In this document: positions 12,301 through 19,540 of the stretch, one piece after another
Numbering within the stretch: the stretch's first letter is position 1
How the letters are laid out: each line of letters begins with the position of its first letter
Origin: Myxococcota bacterium
GTDB taxonomy: Bacteria; Myxococcota_A; UBA796; CAJQPC01
Direction of reading: 5' to 3'
Length of the DNA: 64,000 nt
NCBI GenBank assembly: GCA_036012755.1
Contig: DASCPX010000071.1
Coordinates: 32,001-96,000 of the forward strand
The notes under the pieces: model-generated
The model's input: only the letters and a program-made list of their open reading frames with translations
Told to the model about the DNA's origin: nothing
Databases searched by the model: none
Made by a program: the position numbers and the translations under genes

Positions 12301-13119
12301 ACCGTGCTCCACCGCGCCGACGGCGCCTACGACGTGGACGTGGACGGTGAAGACGACCGCCTGATGAGTCTCCGTGGTTTCCGCATGATCGAGAAGGGTC
12401 CGCTGCCCGACGGCCGCAGGTTCAGCGAGCCCGACGAGGGCTGGGCGGACACCGCCTTCGGCACCATGACCGTCGTGCAGACAGAGGGCGTCCAGGCCTG
12501 CCTCCGCAGCGCGGAGGTCGGAGAGGACACCACTGGGTGGCTCAGCGAAGAGGAGCTCGCGGAGCTCCGGTCCCGCGGCACCGAGAAACGCGTCGGCGAC
12601 CGCATCGCTGGCCGCATCGCCGCCAAGCGCGCCGTGGGAGCCCTCACCGGCGCCGACCCGCTGACGATGGAGATCTCGAACCTCGCCAGCGGCGAGCCGG
12701 TCGTACGGATCGACGGCGAGCCAGGTCCGCAGATCTCGATCTCCCACAGCGGTGGGCGCGCCGTGGCGCTGGCCAGCCGCGCCGAACGGGTGGGGATCGA
12801 CCTGGAACAGATCGAGGAGCGCCACCCTGCCTTCCTCGACGAGTGGTTCAGCGAGGACGAGCGGACACTGTTCGCTGGTGACGCCGCGCTCATCACCACC
12901 GCGTGGGCCGCGAAGGAGGCCGTGCTGAAGGCACTCGGACGAGGGATGGCCCTCGATCCGCGACAGATCGAGATCCGCGCCGTCGTGGCCGGTCGAGTGG
13001 AAGTCATCCTGCGCGACGACGTCGCCGCTACGCACGCGGCCCTCGGCGGGGGGGAGCTCACGCTCTCTGCCCGGATCGAGGGCGGCACGGTTTTGGTAGA
13101 GGCGCGTATCGCGGCATGA
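3385..13119 (+). CDS. Iterative type I PKS/FAS-like megasynthase (PfaA/HglE-like), 3244 aa: FabK/NMO-like, KS, AT, ACP, KS, ACP, ACP, ACP, KR, DH, PPTase
   Basis: KS1 has DAACASS (Cys 5062-5064), HGTST and GHLKSA. AT has GQGSQ, GHSLG and HAFH (malonyl-type). Four (L/F)EADLGIDTV.QAE ACP motifs. KS2 has NSACAST (Cys 8392-8394), SHETYT and GHAMG. KR has TGGGRGI and YSAAN. DH has HAIDGKPVLPG. PPTase has SISHS, GIDLE and WAAKEAVLKA. ATG 3385 preferred because the 3061 extension overlaps the opposite gene. Confidence 0.93.
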   Translation: MKLFVRLPAEVASLAESVLSTGAIPLIDLTSSWTEEVHPGAWVRVRPDQKAPGTGPVVLCSAGRKPRGRQTWLEVREARPCPKNFEGLFVVGREAGGFCGSEDGLSLLDQCTGRLVLDASVGPDTAASAAALGAEGVVLAEQLWGLNELGLGPHLRRLVERATDTSTHVVNGFRVAASPISPAIRRLVAGLDAYEASEGWFAADDPVGLAVPAGQGIALARTLAERHGDLCGVLDAYARACVEWEQRVGSVVAWQDSSAPRGRTSIALRASNGRSFVADPSGAVGSAVLWQIAAWEGLPITGTPLMAAAAVGAPVLALQGALADVRTVYTPTITPADPEPAPATTPAVDEPVAIVGLGCVLPQAHDVASFWRNVTGGVNCIREVPEDRWDPALFFDADRSVPDKTYAKVGAFVTDFRFDSKKYRIPPKVAASIDPVQKMALEAVGQALEDAGVTGDSAIDRSRVAVILGNSMGGGEFRDNSTLRVFTPAMQAALAEVPEFAALPDEIREAVLDGWVTRFKQGFPSITEDSMPGELSNVIAGRIANAFDLGGPNFTVDAACASSMAAIQAAVKGLQDGDFDLVVTGGSDRTMDPPTFTKFSKIGALSPDHSSPFDASADGFVMGEGCGILVLKRLSDAEGDGDRVYAVFQGFGASSDGKGKGITAPNIEGQKRALRRAYADAGLDPVEVDLMECHGTSTVVGDKIEVEALTEVVGAGRRGARGPIRIGSVKSQIGHLKSAAAAASIIKVALALHHKTLPPSINFREPREDLPLQQIPLQVQTSAEPWLAEGWRRAAGVSAFGFGGTNFHAVLVEHIPGLVPAADAPARSARVELVERDLPVGIWAVSAQNLSGLSRALDRIERGEKAPWKPSMPVRLAAAADTIEERQDQIARARKAISKGRGFDLLRMRSIHLEDGPCDGKLALLFTGQGSQYLGMGLDLEDRFPIVGATFDEADSICVRELGHSIRDFIRGLTGEETTDFERLRATEISQPATLAVDIALLRLLNGYGLYPDVVAGHSLGEYGALVAAGAMSFRDSLLAVTARGREMAHIQLEDPGAMASIAAKSRLVAEVLVEIPGYVVAANKNSPKQTVIAGATDAVEAACESFRSRGITVFPLPVSHAFHSAIVAPASEPLGEVLAKLDIRAPQRPITTNVDSRWYPDDPEKIVQLLARQVASPVEWVNQIERMYADGTRIFVECGPKRALTGFTSAILKDRPHRSLSTNHPKLGGERSFRDSLAGLIAMGFPIDADATEEIPELLSDPRPRFATSTALSAVTPDDELQATPYIVENVLEVIGDRVGVAGDELDIDMEFEADLGIDTVRQAELVAELRSRFHLEREAGFLLSDHPSIRALIDYFAARLGQYEPHWDRSAPAVATQPRRRAEPTPTPSEPSVGPDAVRNFLESVATAGLDGLDAGHFAQALLPAIQSLLTASWAAFDAARVEPDPEPAGATLATQPSASARIVCTGAAIGLPGGERVFDEDNIQSILRGDQRIERIDAGYRERFLTKNLVRLVKDAAGQGSFLPVTDDDQVIQLAGRAGHFDLAEYGVSESWILALDRTTQLAFAAGLDTLRDAGIPLVRTYHETGSGKRVATGWALPEPLRDGTGIIFASAFPGLDKLVEKILSGGVDHDGHYDRRFLFQVLSMGHSQFAQFIGARGPNTQVNSACASTTLAVALAQDWIRLGRCERVLVLGADDVTTDTMLEWMASGFMAAGAATTEANVADAALPFDRRRHGMILGMGAVGLMLERREDALARGVIPIAELLGSRIANSAFHGSRLDAEHIACEVDLLVAEACQKEGAKAEDMAKRTMFMSHETYTPARGGSAGAEIAALRRAFGDAANQVVVSNTKGFTGHAMGASIEDAIAVKALQYRTVPPIPNLKEPDPELGDLHLSEGGHHEVDYALRLAAGFGSQLAVSLWKKIAKGDQRTSDRDTREAWLSEVTGYDTVEVVLEQHTLRAVGSAPAAATPATAAPAREPASTDSMLQHLVAVVAEKTGYDPEEIEPDYELEADLGIDTVKQAEIFSEVRDHYGVERDETFVLAEYPTIQALATWLASKAPGQPTPEVLSESTLTPERTVSGDEVLQHLLGVISEKTGYDLEDLDPEYELEADLGIDTVKQAEIFSEVRATYGVERDDDFVLAEYPTIAALAGWMSSKADIDPDSPTLDAPAMPDITPVTANNEVLDYLLGVIGDKTGYDRDDLEIDYELEADLGIDTVKQAEIFGDVRDHFGVERDDSFVLAEFPTIGKLADWLASRIGAAPAVVHHEIEGDDYSEPVEDAVSELPTSFWVRRPVRVGRPSMIEGNVRGRAIKILGDGPVQEALVEEIARQGGMLAMGDLAPDAVIDVASDVLEAFAEARKLVDVPVRDWLCLTMLGEHEGMTPDQAFFDGSRCGFTKALGREWKQCHARVVDASPDVDPDSIARILCGELATPDGAVEIFHAASGTREVMELAVEAHPPTGRCPASNQVVIVTGGGRGITASVATELARRAGSTLVLVGRSPMGESPLDVRKEKKRIKKGLKAADQKPSPANVERLLWPLRKAEEIRTTVEELRALGSTVEYRTCDMADAPAVKALVADVTARFGRVDGCIHGAGVEESRLIQDKDAAAFHRVFDGKALGGLALAEALPEKAWLLSMGSVAGRFGNEGQVDYSAANEALAQVCLARPRSLHVDWTAWADVGMAVRGGMQHLLESRGLELMPALAGASLAVDLIASHVTGEIVVAGKLGDFVPSPNHPKLDSMELDGDTIVARYTLEPERDPWIDDHAIDGKPVLPGVMGIELMAAAASLARPGMVYTGVEDVKFERPVKVYRNSPVHLEMRAQPQDDGRVWCSLTSERRTRAKKLIRTEHFSCSILLDQRPQIDQLPPAFWPEDSISRGDIYRRFFHGPAFQVLRGADGVTRDGLQCSGRVDHAYIAEGMLTSPLALEAAFQAAGLHAMVSDGAMALPQSIEALWVSRRVRDGEDLVLTVLHRADGAYDVDVDGEDDRLMSLRGFRMIEKGPLPDGRRFSEPDEGWADTAFGTMTVVQTEGVQACLRSAEVGEDTTGWLSEEELAELRSRGTEKRVGDRIAGRIAAKRAVGALTGADPLTMEISNLASGEPVVRIDGEPGPQISISHSGGRAVALASRAERVGIDLEQIEERHPAFLDEWFSEDERTLFAGDAALITTAWAAKEAVLKALGRGMALDPRQIEIRAVVAGRVEVILRDDVAATHAALGGGELTLSARIEGGTVLVEARIAA

Positions 13120-13157
13120 TCGCCCCTACAGGCCGGTCGGCGGCTTGAGGAGCGCTC

Positions 13158-13730
13158 GTGGAGGCCCGCATCTTCGACAAGAACGTCTCGCTCATCCGGG
13201 TCCACACGCCACGGGAGCTCTTGCCCTACCGGGCCAGCTTCGTGGGCTGCTACCAGACGGTCTGGAGCGAGCCGCCCTACGACGAAGAGTTCTACCCCTA
13301 CGAAGCCGAGGCCGTGCTGCGGCGTCAGCTCCAGTCGCCAGGCCACATCACGCTGCTCGCGGTCCGTGGCCTCTCCACCGTGGTCGGCTTCGGCTTCGCC
13401 GCGCCGCTCAAGAGCCGCCCGGAGGTGGCGCGGCACATGGGCGGTCTCCTCCTCGCCGAGCACACGATGTACCTCGCCGAGCTGGGCGTCCTGCGCGACT
13501 ACCGGGGTCTGGGGCTGGGCGGGGCGATGGTCGAAGAGCGCCTCGCGGCGATCGACCGACAGCTCTTCGCCCACGCCCTGTTGCGGACCTCGGCGACCAA
13601 GAACGCTGGCTACGAGATGTACCTCTCCCGAGGCTTCGACGACATCGGGGTGTACATGGAGGTCCCGTCTCGGCGCATCGGAGGCACCGTCCGCACCGAC
13701 CGTCGGTTGTTCTTGAGCAAAGTCCTCTGA
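13158..13730 (+). CDS. GNAT family N-acetyltransferase
   Basis: YLAELGVLRDYRGLGLGGAM acetyl-CoA-binding motif A, N..GYEMY..RGF motif B, and GAGGAG RBS before the GTG. Confidence 0.85.
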   Translation: MEARIFDKNVSLIRVHTPRELLPYRASFVGCYQTVWSEPPYDEEFYPYEAEAVLRRQLQSPGHITLLAVRGLSTVVGFGFAAPLKSRPEVARHMGGLLLAEHTMYLAELGVLRDYRGLGLGGAMVEERLAAIDRQLFAHALLRTSATKNAGYEMYLSRGFDDIGVYMEVPSRRIGGTVRTDRRLFLSKVL

Positions 13731-13775
13731 TCAGGGTGAACAACCGCCGCGGCCCGCGGCTACTGTTGTCGTCTC

Positions 13776-14582
<807 letters not shown>

Positions 14583-14588
14583 GGGGTC

Positions 14589-15557
14589 TCAGCGGAGCTC
14601 GTCGGCCAACGCCTCTGCGATGAGCTCGCCGATCAGTCGATGACCCGCCGCCGAGGGGTGGACGTCGTCCAGCATCGTGGAGGGGGGCAGGCCCGCGAAG
14701 TGCGGGGGGGTGTCCACCAAGGTGGCGCCAAGGTCCGCTGCGACCGCACGCATGGTGTCCCGATAGGCCGGGCGTGGCTTCTCGAGGTCCCTCCCGTCCA
14801 GGTCCCGGTCCGAGGGGAGGACCACGAAGACCGGCCGGGCGCCAGCGTCCTCCGCTGCACCCGCGAGGCCATGGAGGTTGTCTTCGTAGGCTGACAGCGG
14901 GACCCGATTCATGATCGGCTCGTCGCCGCCGAGGCGCCACTCCACGACCTGGGCTGCCTCTCCACCGTGGGCGATGGTGTCCAGCAGGCGGAACAGGGCG
15001 CTGCGCTGGAGGACCACCCGGAGGGCGGCGGCTCGCTCCGGGAAGACCACCGCGTCGGGGGGGCCCAGCTGGCTGTCGCTCCAGATGGTGCAGATGAGCA
15101 GCACGTCCGCACCCTGGTCGTAGAGCCGATGGCGGAACAAGCGGCTGGCCTGCTCGCTCGAGTAGCCAGGCACGCCGCCGTTGTAGGCATCCACCGACCT
15201 GCCCAGCTCCCGCTCGAGGTTCCTGGCCGCGACAGCGCTGAAGACCTGCTCGTCGCCGACGAGCACACCAAAGACCGTAGAGTCGCCGAGCGACATGAGC
15301 CTGAGGCTGCCCGGAGCCTTCGGGTGGGGCTGCGGGTTGCGTGTTCCCAGGTCGTTGATGGTCGTCTCCTCTGGCGACCCGAACATGCGCCGCTGCCCGG
15401 GGACCGGCTCCCAGCCCAGGAGCGCGGAGCCCTGCATCGTGTCGTCCTGAGGCGAGCTCCGGTGGATGGGCGGAGCAAGGGGCATCGCCCCCAGCTCGAG
15501 GAGGACCAGGACGACGACAACCGCGATCAGGGCGAAGAGGGGCTTCCGGCGGCTCAC
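14589..15557 (-). CDS. Membrane-anchored SGNH/GDSL hydrolase family protein
   Basis: N-terminal TM helix, LGDSTVFG (block I), NGGVPGYSS (block II), DDVHPSAAGH (block V). Starts 20 bp after the CapB-like gene. Confidence 0.85.
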   Translation of the reverse strand: MSRRKPLFALIAVVVVLVLLELGAMPLAPPIHRSSPQDDTMQGSALLGWEPVPGQRRMFGSPEETTINDLGTRNPQPHPKAPGSLRLMSLGDSTVFGVLVGDEQVFSAVAARNLERELGRSVDAYNGGVPGYSSEQASRLFRHRLYDQGADVLLICTIWSDSQLGPPDAVVFPERAAALRVVLQRSALFRLLDTIAHGGEAAQVVEWRLGGDEPIMNRVPLSAYEDNLHGLAGAAEDAGARPVFVVLPSDRDLDGRDLEKPRPAYRDTMRAVAADLGATLVDTPPHFAGLPPSTMLDDVHPSAAGHRLIGELIAEALADELR

Positions 15558-15577
15558 CAGGCGAGCCTATCGGTCCC

Positions 15578-18500
15578 TCAATCCTCGATCCACTCGCCGC
15601 GCTGCACCAGGGTGAGCTTGTGCAGCTCGTCGCGAGCCCGGGCGTGGCTGATCCTGCGCGCGGCGAGGTCATCCAGGATGCGATCGGCGCGCCAGCGGCG
15701 CACGACGCCGAGGAAGGGATCCACGAGTTCGTCGACCAGCGCGCGGAACAGGCCCTTCTCGCCGGCGATGGCCACCCGCGACATCACCTTGCCGCGGACC
15801 CGCAGCTCGTGCTGGATCAACCGGGACACGTCGGCGGCCAGCGCCGGCAGGCGCTCCTGCGGGAGGGACTCCAAGGCGCGGGCGACCTCCTGGCAGAGCG
15901 GGATGCACCACTCCTTCCACTCGCGGAGCGCCGCCATGCCGCGACGGGCGACCTCTGGATCCCGATCCCCCAGCTGCTCGACCCACTCCATCGGGCGCCG
16001 GGCGTAGACCCAGCGGTAGACCAGGTCGAGGCCCGTGCCCTTGATGTTCTGGCAAGACATGACCCGCACCAGCGTTCCCACCGGGCAGCTCATGGCGATG
16101 CGCTCGTTGATGGCGTCACCGGTCGCTCCGGCGTCCGGGACGAAGACCACGTGGCGCAGGAAGATGGTCCGGTAGACCCGGCCGACGTGTGCGGAGAGCT
16201 CCCGACCGTAGCTCCCATCGCGGGCGGCCTCGATGCAGGCCTTGCGAAGGGCGCGGAACATCAGCGCCTCGACCGCGAGCTCGACCCATTGATCGCCAGC
16301 ACCCGCCAGGCCGAAGTCCCGATCCCGGGCGTCGTGGAAGAGCGCCTCCGGGTGGGCGTTGGGGTGAAAGATCGTGCCCGCTTCGTCTCCCAGGCCCCGC
16401 AGCCGCGAGGCCAGCTCACCCAGCAGCAGCCGGGCTCCGTCCGACTCCAGCGGTGTCGCAGGCACATCCTCCACCAGGGTGTGGAGCTCGTGGCAGATCT
16501 CCTCTGTGCCCGAGCCCTCCATGTCGAGGCGCCGCATCGTCTCCAGCAGGAGCGAGGGCACATCGACGATGCGGAGGTCGTGCTCCAGCGCCGCGAGGCG
16601 GCCCTCCACCGCCGCCGTCCCGCCGCCAAAGACGTCGATGCGCGCGATGTGGTGGTCGAGAGCTTCTGCGATGTAGCCGCGCAGCCCCTCCAGGTTGGTG
16701 CCGATGCAGACATAGCGATGGGCCGCCGCGTCGCTGACCATGATCTCGGCGAAGACCTGCGAGCGAGAGACGCGGTCGTAGCGGTTGTTGAGCACCGCCA
16801 CGAGGAAGGTGCCGGCGTCGTCGATGGCGTCGTGTTGGTCGAAGCCGCAGCGACGCCAGTTGTTCAGGAAGCCGGTCCGCTCGTTCGCGGACGAGCCGTT
16901 GCTGAACTCGAGGATGCGCCCGCGGTGGCGGAGGCGCGGGAAGGTCGCGAGCACACCGAGGTCCGGCACGACGTGGTCGGCCATCAGGACGAGGGCCTCC
17001 TCGACGTCCAGGTCCAGCTGCTCGCAGAGCTCCGCCACCAGCGCGAGGTTCGCCGGGTGCTCCTGGTAGGGGAAGCGCGCCTGCAGGTCCTCTGGCACGG
17101 CCGCGATGCCGTCCTCGTCGACCTCGATGAGCGTGGTCCCGAGCTTCCGGGCCCGCTCGCGCAGGACAGAGGTCATCTGGGTCTCGGTGGTGATCGCGAC
17201 GGCCCCTGCAGGCACGAAGCGCGCGATGGTCTCGGCGACGTCGTCGCCCGTGGGCCCCATCACGTCCTCGTGGTCCGGGTAGGTGTTCGTGATCGTGCTG
17301 ATGTCGTCGCGGGTCCAGTTGAGCTGCAGCTGCTCGACATACTCGGGGCGCAGGGCCATGCACTCCCAGACGAAGACCTCGGCCCCCAGACGCGCCGACT
17401 GCTCCAGCATCTCCGCGTGCTCCCAGATGGTGGCGCGGTCGAAGGGGCGGAAGAGGTAGACCTCGACGGCACCTTGGAGCGGAGGCGTGCGCATCAGCAT
17501 CGCCTCGCACCCGGTGGTCTTGCAGACGACGTCGTAGCCAAGGCCCTCGAAGAGCGCCGCCTTCAAGCGAGCGACGCCGCTCTTTCCGCGCGTGCCCCAG
17601 CCCCCGATGACGAGCGGGATCGACTCGCGTGCCTTCCTGGTCCGCAGCTTGCCGAGGCCGAGCCTGAGGAAGAAGACGAAGCCGACGATGCTCGCGACGA
17701 GGGCGAGATCGACTGGCTCTACCGGGTGCAGGGCGAGGAAGCGGTTGAGCTCGTCGAGGACGGCGACCGCGACGATCGGCGCGATGCCAGAGTCCGTCGG
17801 CGCGTTCCAGTCGTCGACCCCGGGGAAGAGCTTGGGGACCCGGGGGTCGACTCCACCGTGGTGTGGCTCGAACCGGATCTGGAAGCCCAGGTCGCGCAGG
17901 GCCTCTGCGTAGCCGCCCAGCCCGGCGGAGTCGTTGGCGCGCAGGGACTCGCTGCGCAGGGCGGAGAGCTCACCCACGCTCCACGACAGCCTCAACCCGG
18001 CCCACAGGCGGCCGAGCCCGCCAGGAGGTCGGATGAAGGTCCAGCCCTGCTCGGAGAGCACGCGCAGCTCGCCACGCCAGAGACCGTCGACGAGCACGTC
18101 CGGCAGGGGAAGCCAGGGACACCAGCTCCGCCACGCCTCCTCGAACACGGGGCGTCCCGGGACCTCTGTCGGCGACACGTCCGCCATCTGCGGCGGCGGC
18201 ACCAGCACCTGGCCGCGAATGCTCCGTCCGCTCAGGTGGTCCCCGCCCTGGCGCTTGCCGGGGTCTCCGATGCGGGCCTCGTGCAGGACTCGCCAGAGCC
18301 TCAGGACGCGCCGTTGGCCGCGGTGCACCCTCACCCGCCGGCGACCGAGCTCCTCGAGGCCGAAGCCCTCGTCCCGCTGGGTCCGCTTCAGCAGCAGGCG
18401 TGCGAGGCTGTCGATCGAGGTGCCCTCTGGCAGGGTGACGGTCTCGCTCCCTCCCACGGGCATCGCCGCGAGCTGGTCCGCGAGGCCCTCTGCCGGGACC

Positions 18501-19540
18501 GGCTGGGCCTGCACCCTGGCAGAGGCGAGGTGGCGACTGGCGCGCACACGCACCGACTCCGCCGGGTCCTCGTCCCGCAGGCGGGTCAGGAGCTGGCGAG
18601 CGTTCGGCAAGGGAGAGTGGGCCAGCGCCTCGCTCAGCGCGCAGCGCACGGTCTCGGAGGGATCGGTGCGCGCGATCATGAAGGCGTTGCGCGTCGTGTT
18701 CGGACCGATCTCGACGGCGAGTCGGATGGCCGCGGCGCGGACGAGGAAGTCGTCCCGCAGCGCTCGCTCGTGCCGCATGGGAGGCTCCAGCCGCTGGAGC
18801 AGCAGGCGGGCGGCGTTCTGCTCGTCCATGCCCCCGAGCATCTGGATGGCCCGGCGGGCCACCAGCGGATCGCCTCCGCGCTCCATCGCGAGGGTCATCA
18901 GACGGTCGATGCGATCGGCGGAGGTCTCGATCAGCGCCCCGTCCCGGTCCTTTCCGGTGCCCAGGACCGAGGCAACCCAGGGCGCCAGCGTCCCCACCGC
19001 GGCCCGGCGTGTCGGGGGGTGAGGCGAGTCGATGAGGCGGTCGAGGAAGACCGCGGGCTGGCCTCGCAGCGGATGATGGCGCAAGACGCGGGCGAGGATC
19101 TCGAGGTCGACGAAGAGCTCCCGCGCCTCTGCGTCGAGGCGCTCCATGAGCGCGTCCATGTCCATCCAGCGGTCGAGGGCGGCGATGTCGTCGCGCAGCT
19201 CCCTGGCGTCCTCGACGCTGGTGCGGAGGTGGTGAAGCAGCACCGCCCGGCGCTCGGCGTCGGTCCGAACGCCCTCATGAGCGGTGAGCAGCTCACGCCG
19301 GCGCGTCCGGACCTGGGCGTACTTCGTGAGCAGGGCGTCACCCTCGACGCACACAGCGGTGGCGAAGCCGTGGTCGCTGTCCTCGTCGGGAACAGCCGAC
19401 CTCATGTCCGCCTCGATGCGCGCGGCGAGGGCGTCGATGCGGCCAGCGTGGACGCGCACCATCAGCGGGGGCAGCCAGCGGCTAAGGGCACGACCGCCAG
19501 TGGTCGCGGGGCCCGGTCGAGGCCGGAGATCGGGGTTCAT
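15578..19540 (-). CDS. Poly-gamma-glutamate synthase CapB/PgsB-like Mur-ligase domain fused to a ~600-aa N-terminal helical (HEAT-like) region
   Basis: GGWGTRGKSGVARL P-loop (~17580-17610), KTTGCEA, ATIWE, WECMALRPEY, ITNTYPDHEDVMGP, NGSSANE, LNNRYDRVSRS and QNIKGTG all match CapB motifs. A TM helix precedes the ligase domain. Confidence 0.85.
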   Translation of the reverse strand: MNPDLRPRPGPATTGGRALSRWLPPLMVRVHAGRIDALAARIEADMRSAVPDEDSDHGFATAVCVEGDALLTKYAQVRTRRRELLTAHEGVRTDAERRAVLLHHLRTSVEDARELRDDIAALDRWMDMDALMERLDAEARELFVDLEILARVLRHHPLRGQPAVFLDRLIDSPHPPTRRAAVGTLAPWVASVLGTGKDRDGALIETSADRIDRLMTLAMERGGDPLVARRAIQMLGGMDEQNAARLLLQRLEPPMRHERALRDDFLVRAAAIRLAVEIGPNTTRNAFMIARTDPSETVRCALSEALAHSPLPNARQLLTRLRDEDPAESVRVRASRHLASARVQAQPVPAEGLADQLAAMPVGGSETVTLPEGTSIDSLARLLLKRTQRDEGFGLEELGRRRVRVHRGQRRVLRLWRVLHEARIGDPGKRQGGDHLSGRSIRGQVLVPPPQMADVSPTEVPGRPVFEEAWRSWCPWLPLPDVLVDGLWRGELRVLSEQGWTFIRPPGGLGRLWAGLRLSWSVGELSALRSESLRANDSAGLGGYAEALRDLGFQIRFEPHHGGVDPRVPKLFPGVDDWNAPTDSGIAPIVAVAVLDELNRFLALHPVEPVDLALVASIVGFVFFLRLGLGKLRTRKARESIPLVIGGWGTRGKSGVARLKAALFEGLGYDVVCKTTGCEAMLMRTPPLQGAVEVYLFRPFDRATIWEHAEMLEQSARLGAEVFVWECMALRPEYVEQLQLNWTRDDISTITNTYPDHEDVMGPTGDDVAETIARFVPAGAVAITTETQMTSVLRERARKLGTTLIEVDEDGIAAVPEDLQARFPYQEHPANLALVAELCEQLDLDVEEALVLMADHVVPDLGVLATFPRLRHRGRILEFSNGSSANERTGFLNNWRRCGFDQHDAIDDAGTFLVAVLNNRYDRVSRSQVFAEIMVSDAAAHRYVCIGTNLEGLRGYIAEALDHHIARIDVFGGGTAAVEGRLAALEHDLRIVDVPSLLLETMRRLDMEGSGTEEICHELHTLVEDVPATPLESDGARLLLGELASRLRGLGDEAGTIFHPNAHPEALFHDARDRDFGLAGAGDQWVELAVEALMFRALRKACIEAARDGSYGRELSAHVGRVYRTIFLRHVVFVPDAGATGDAINERIAMSCPVGTLVRVMSCQNIKGTGLDLVYRWVYARRPMEWVEQLGDRDPEVARRGMAALREWKEWCIPLCQEVARALESLPQERLPALAADVSRLIQHELRVRGKVMSRVAIAGEKGLFRALVDELVDPFLGVVRRWRADRILDDLAARRISHARARDELHKLTLVQRGEWIED

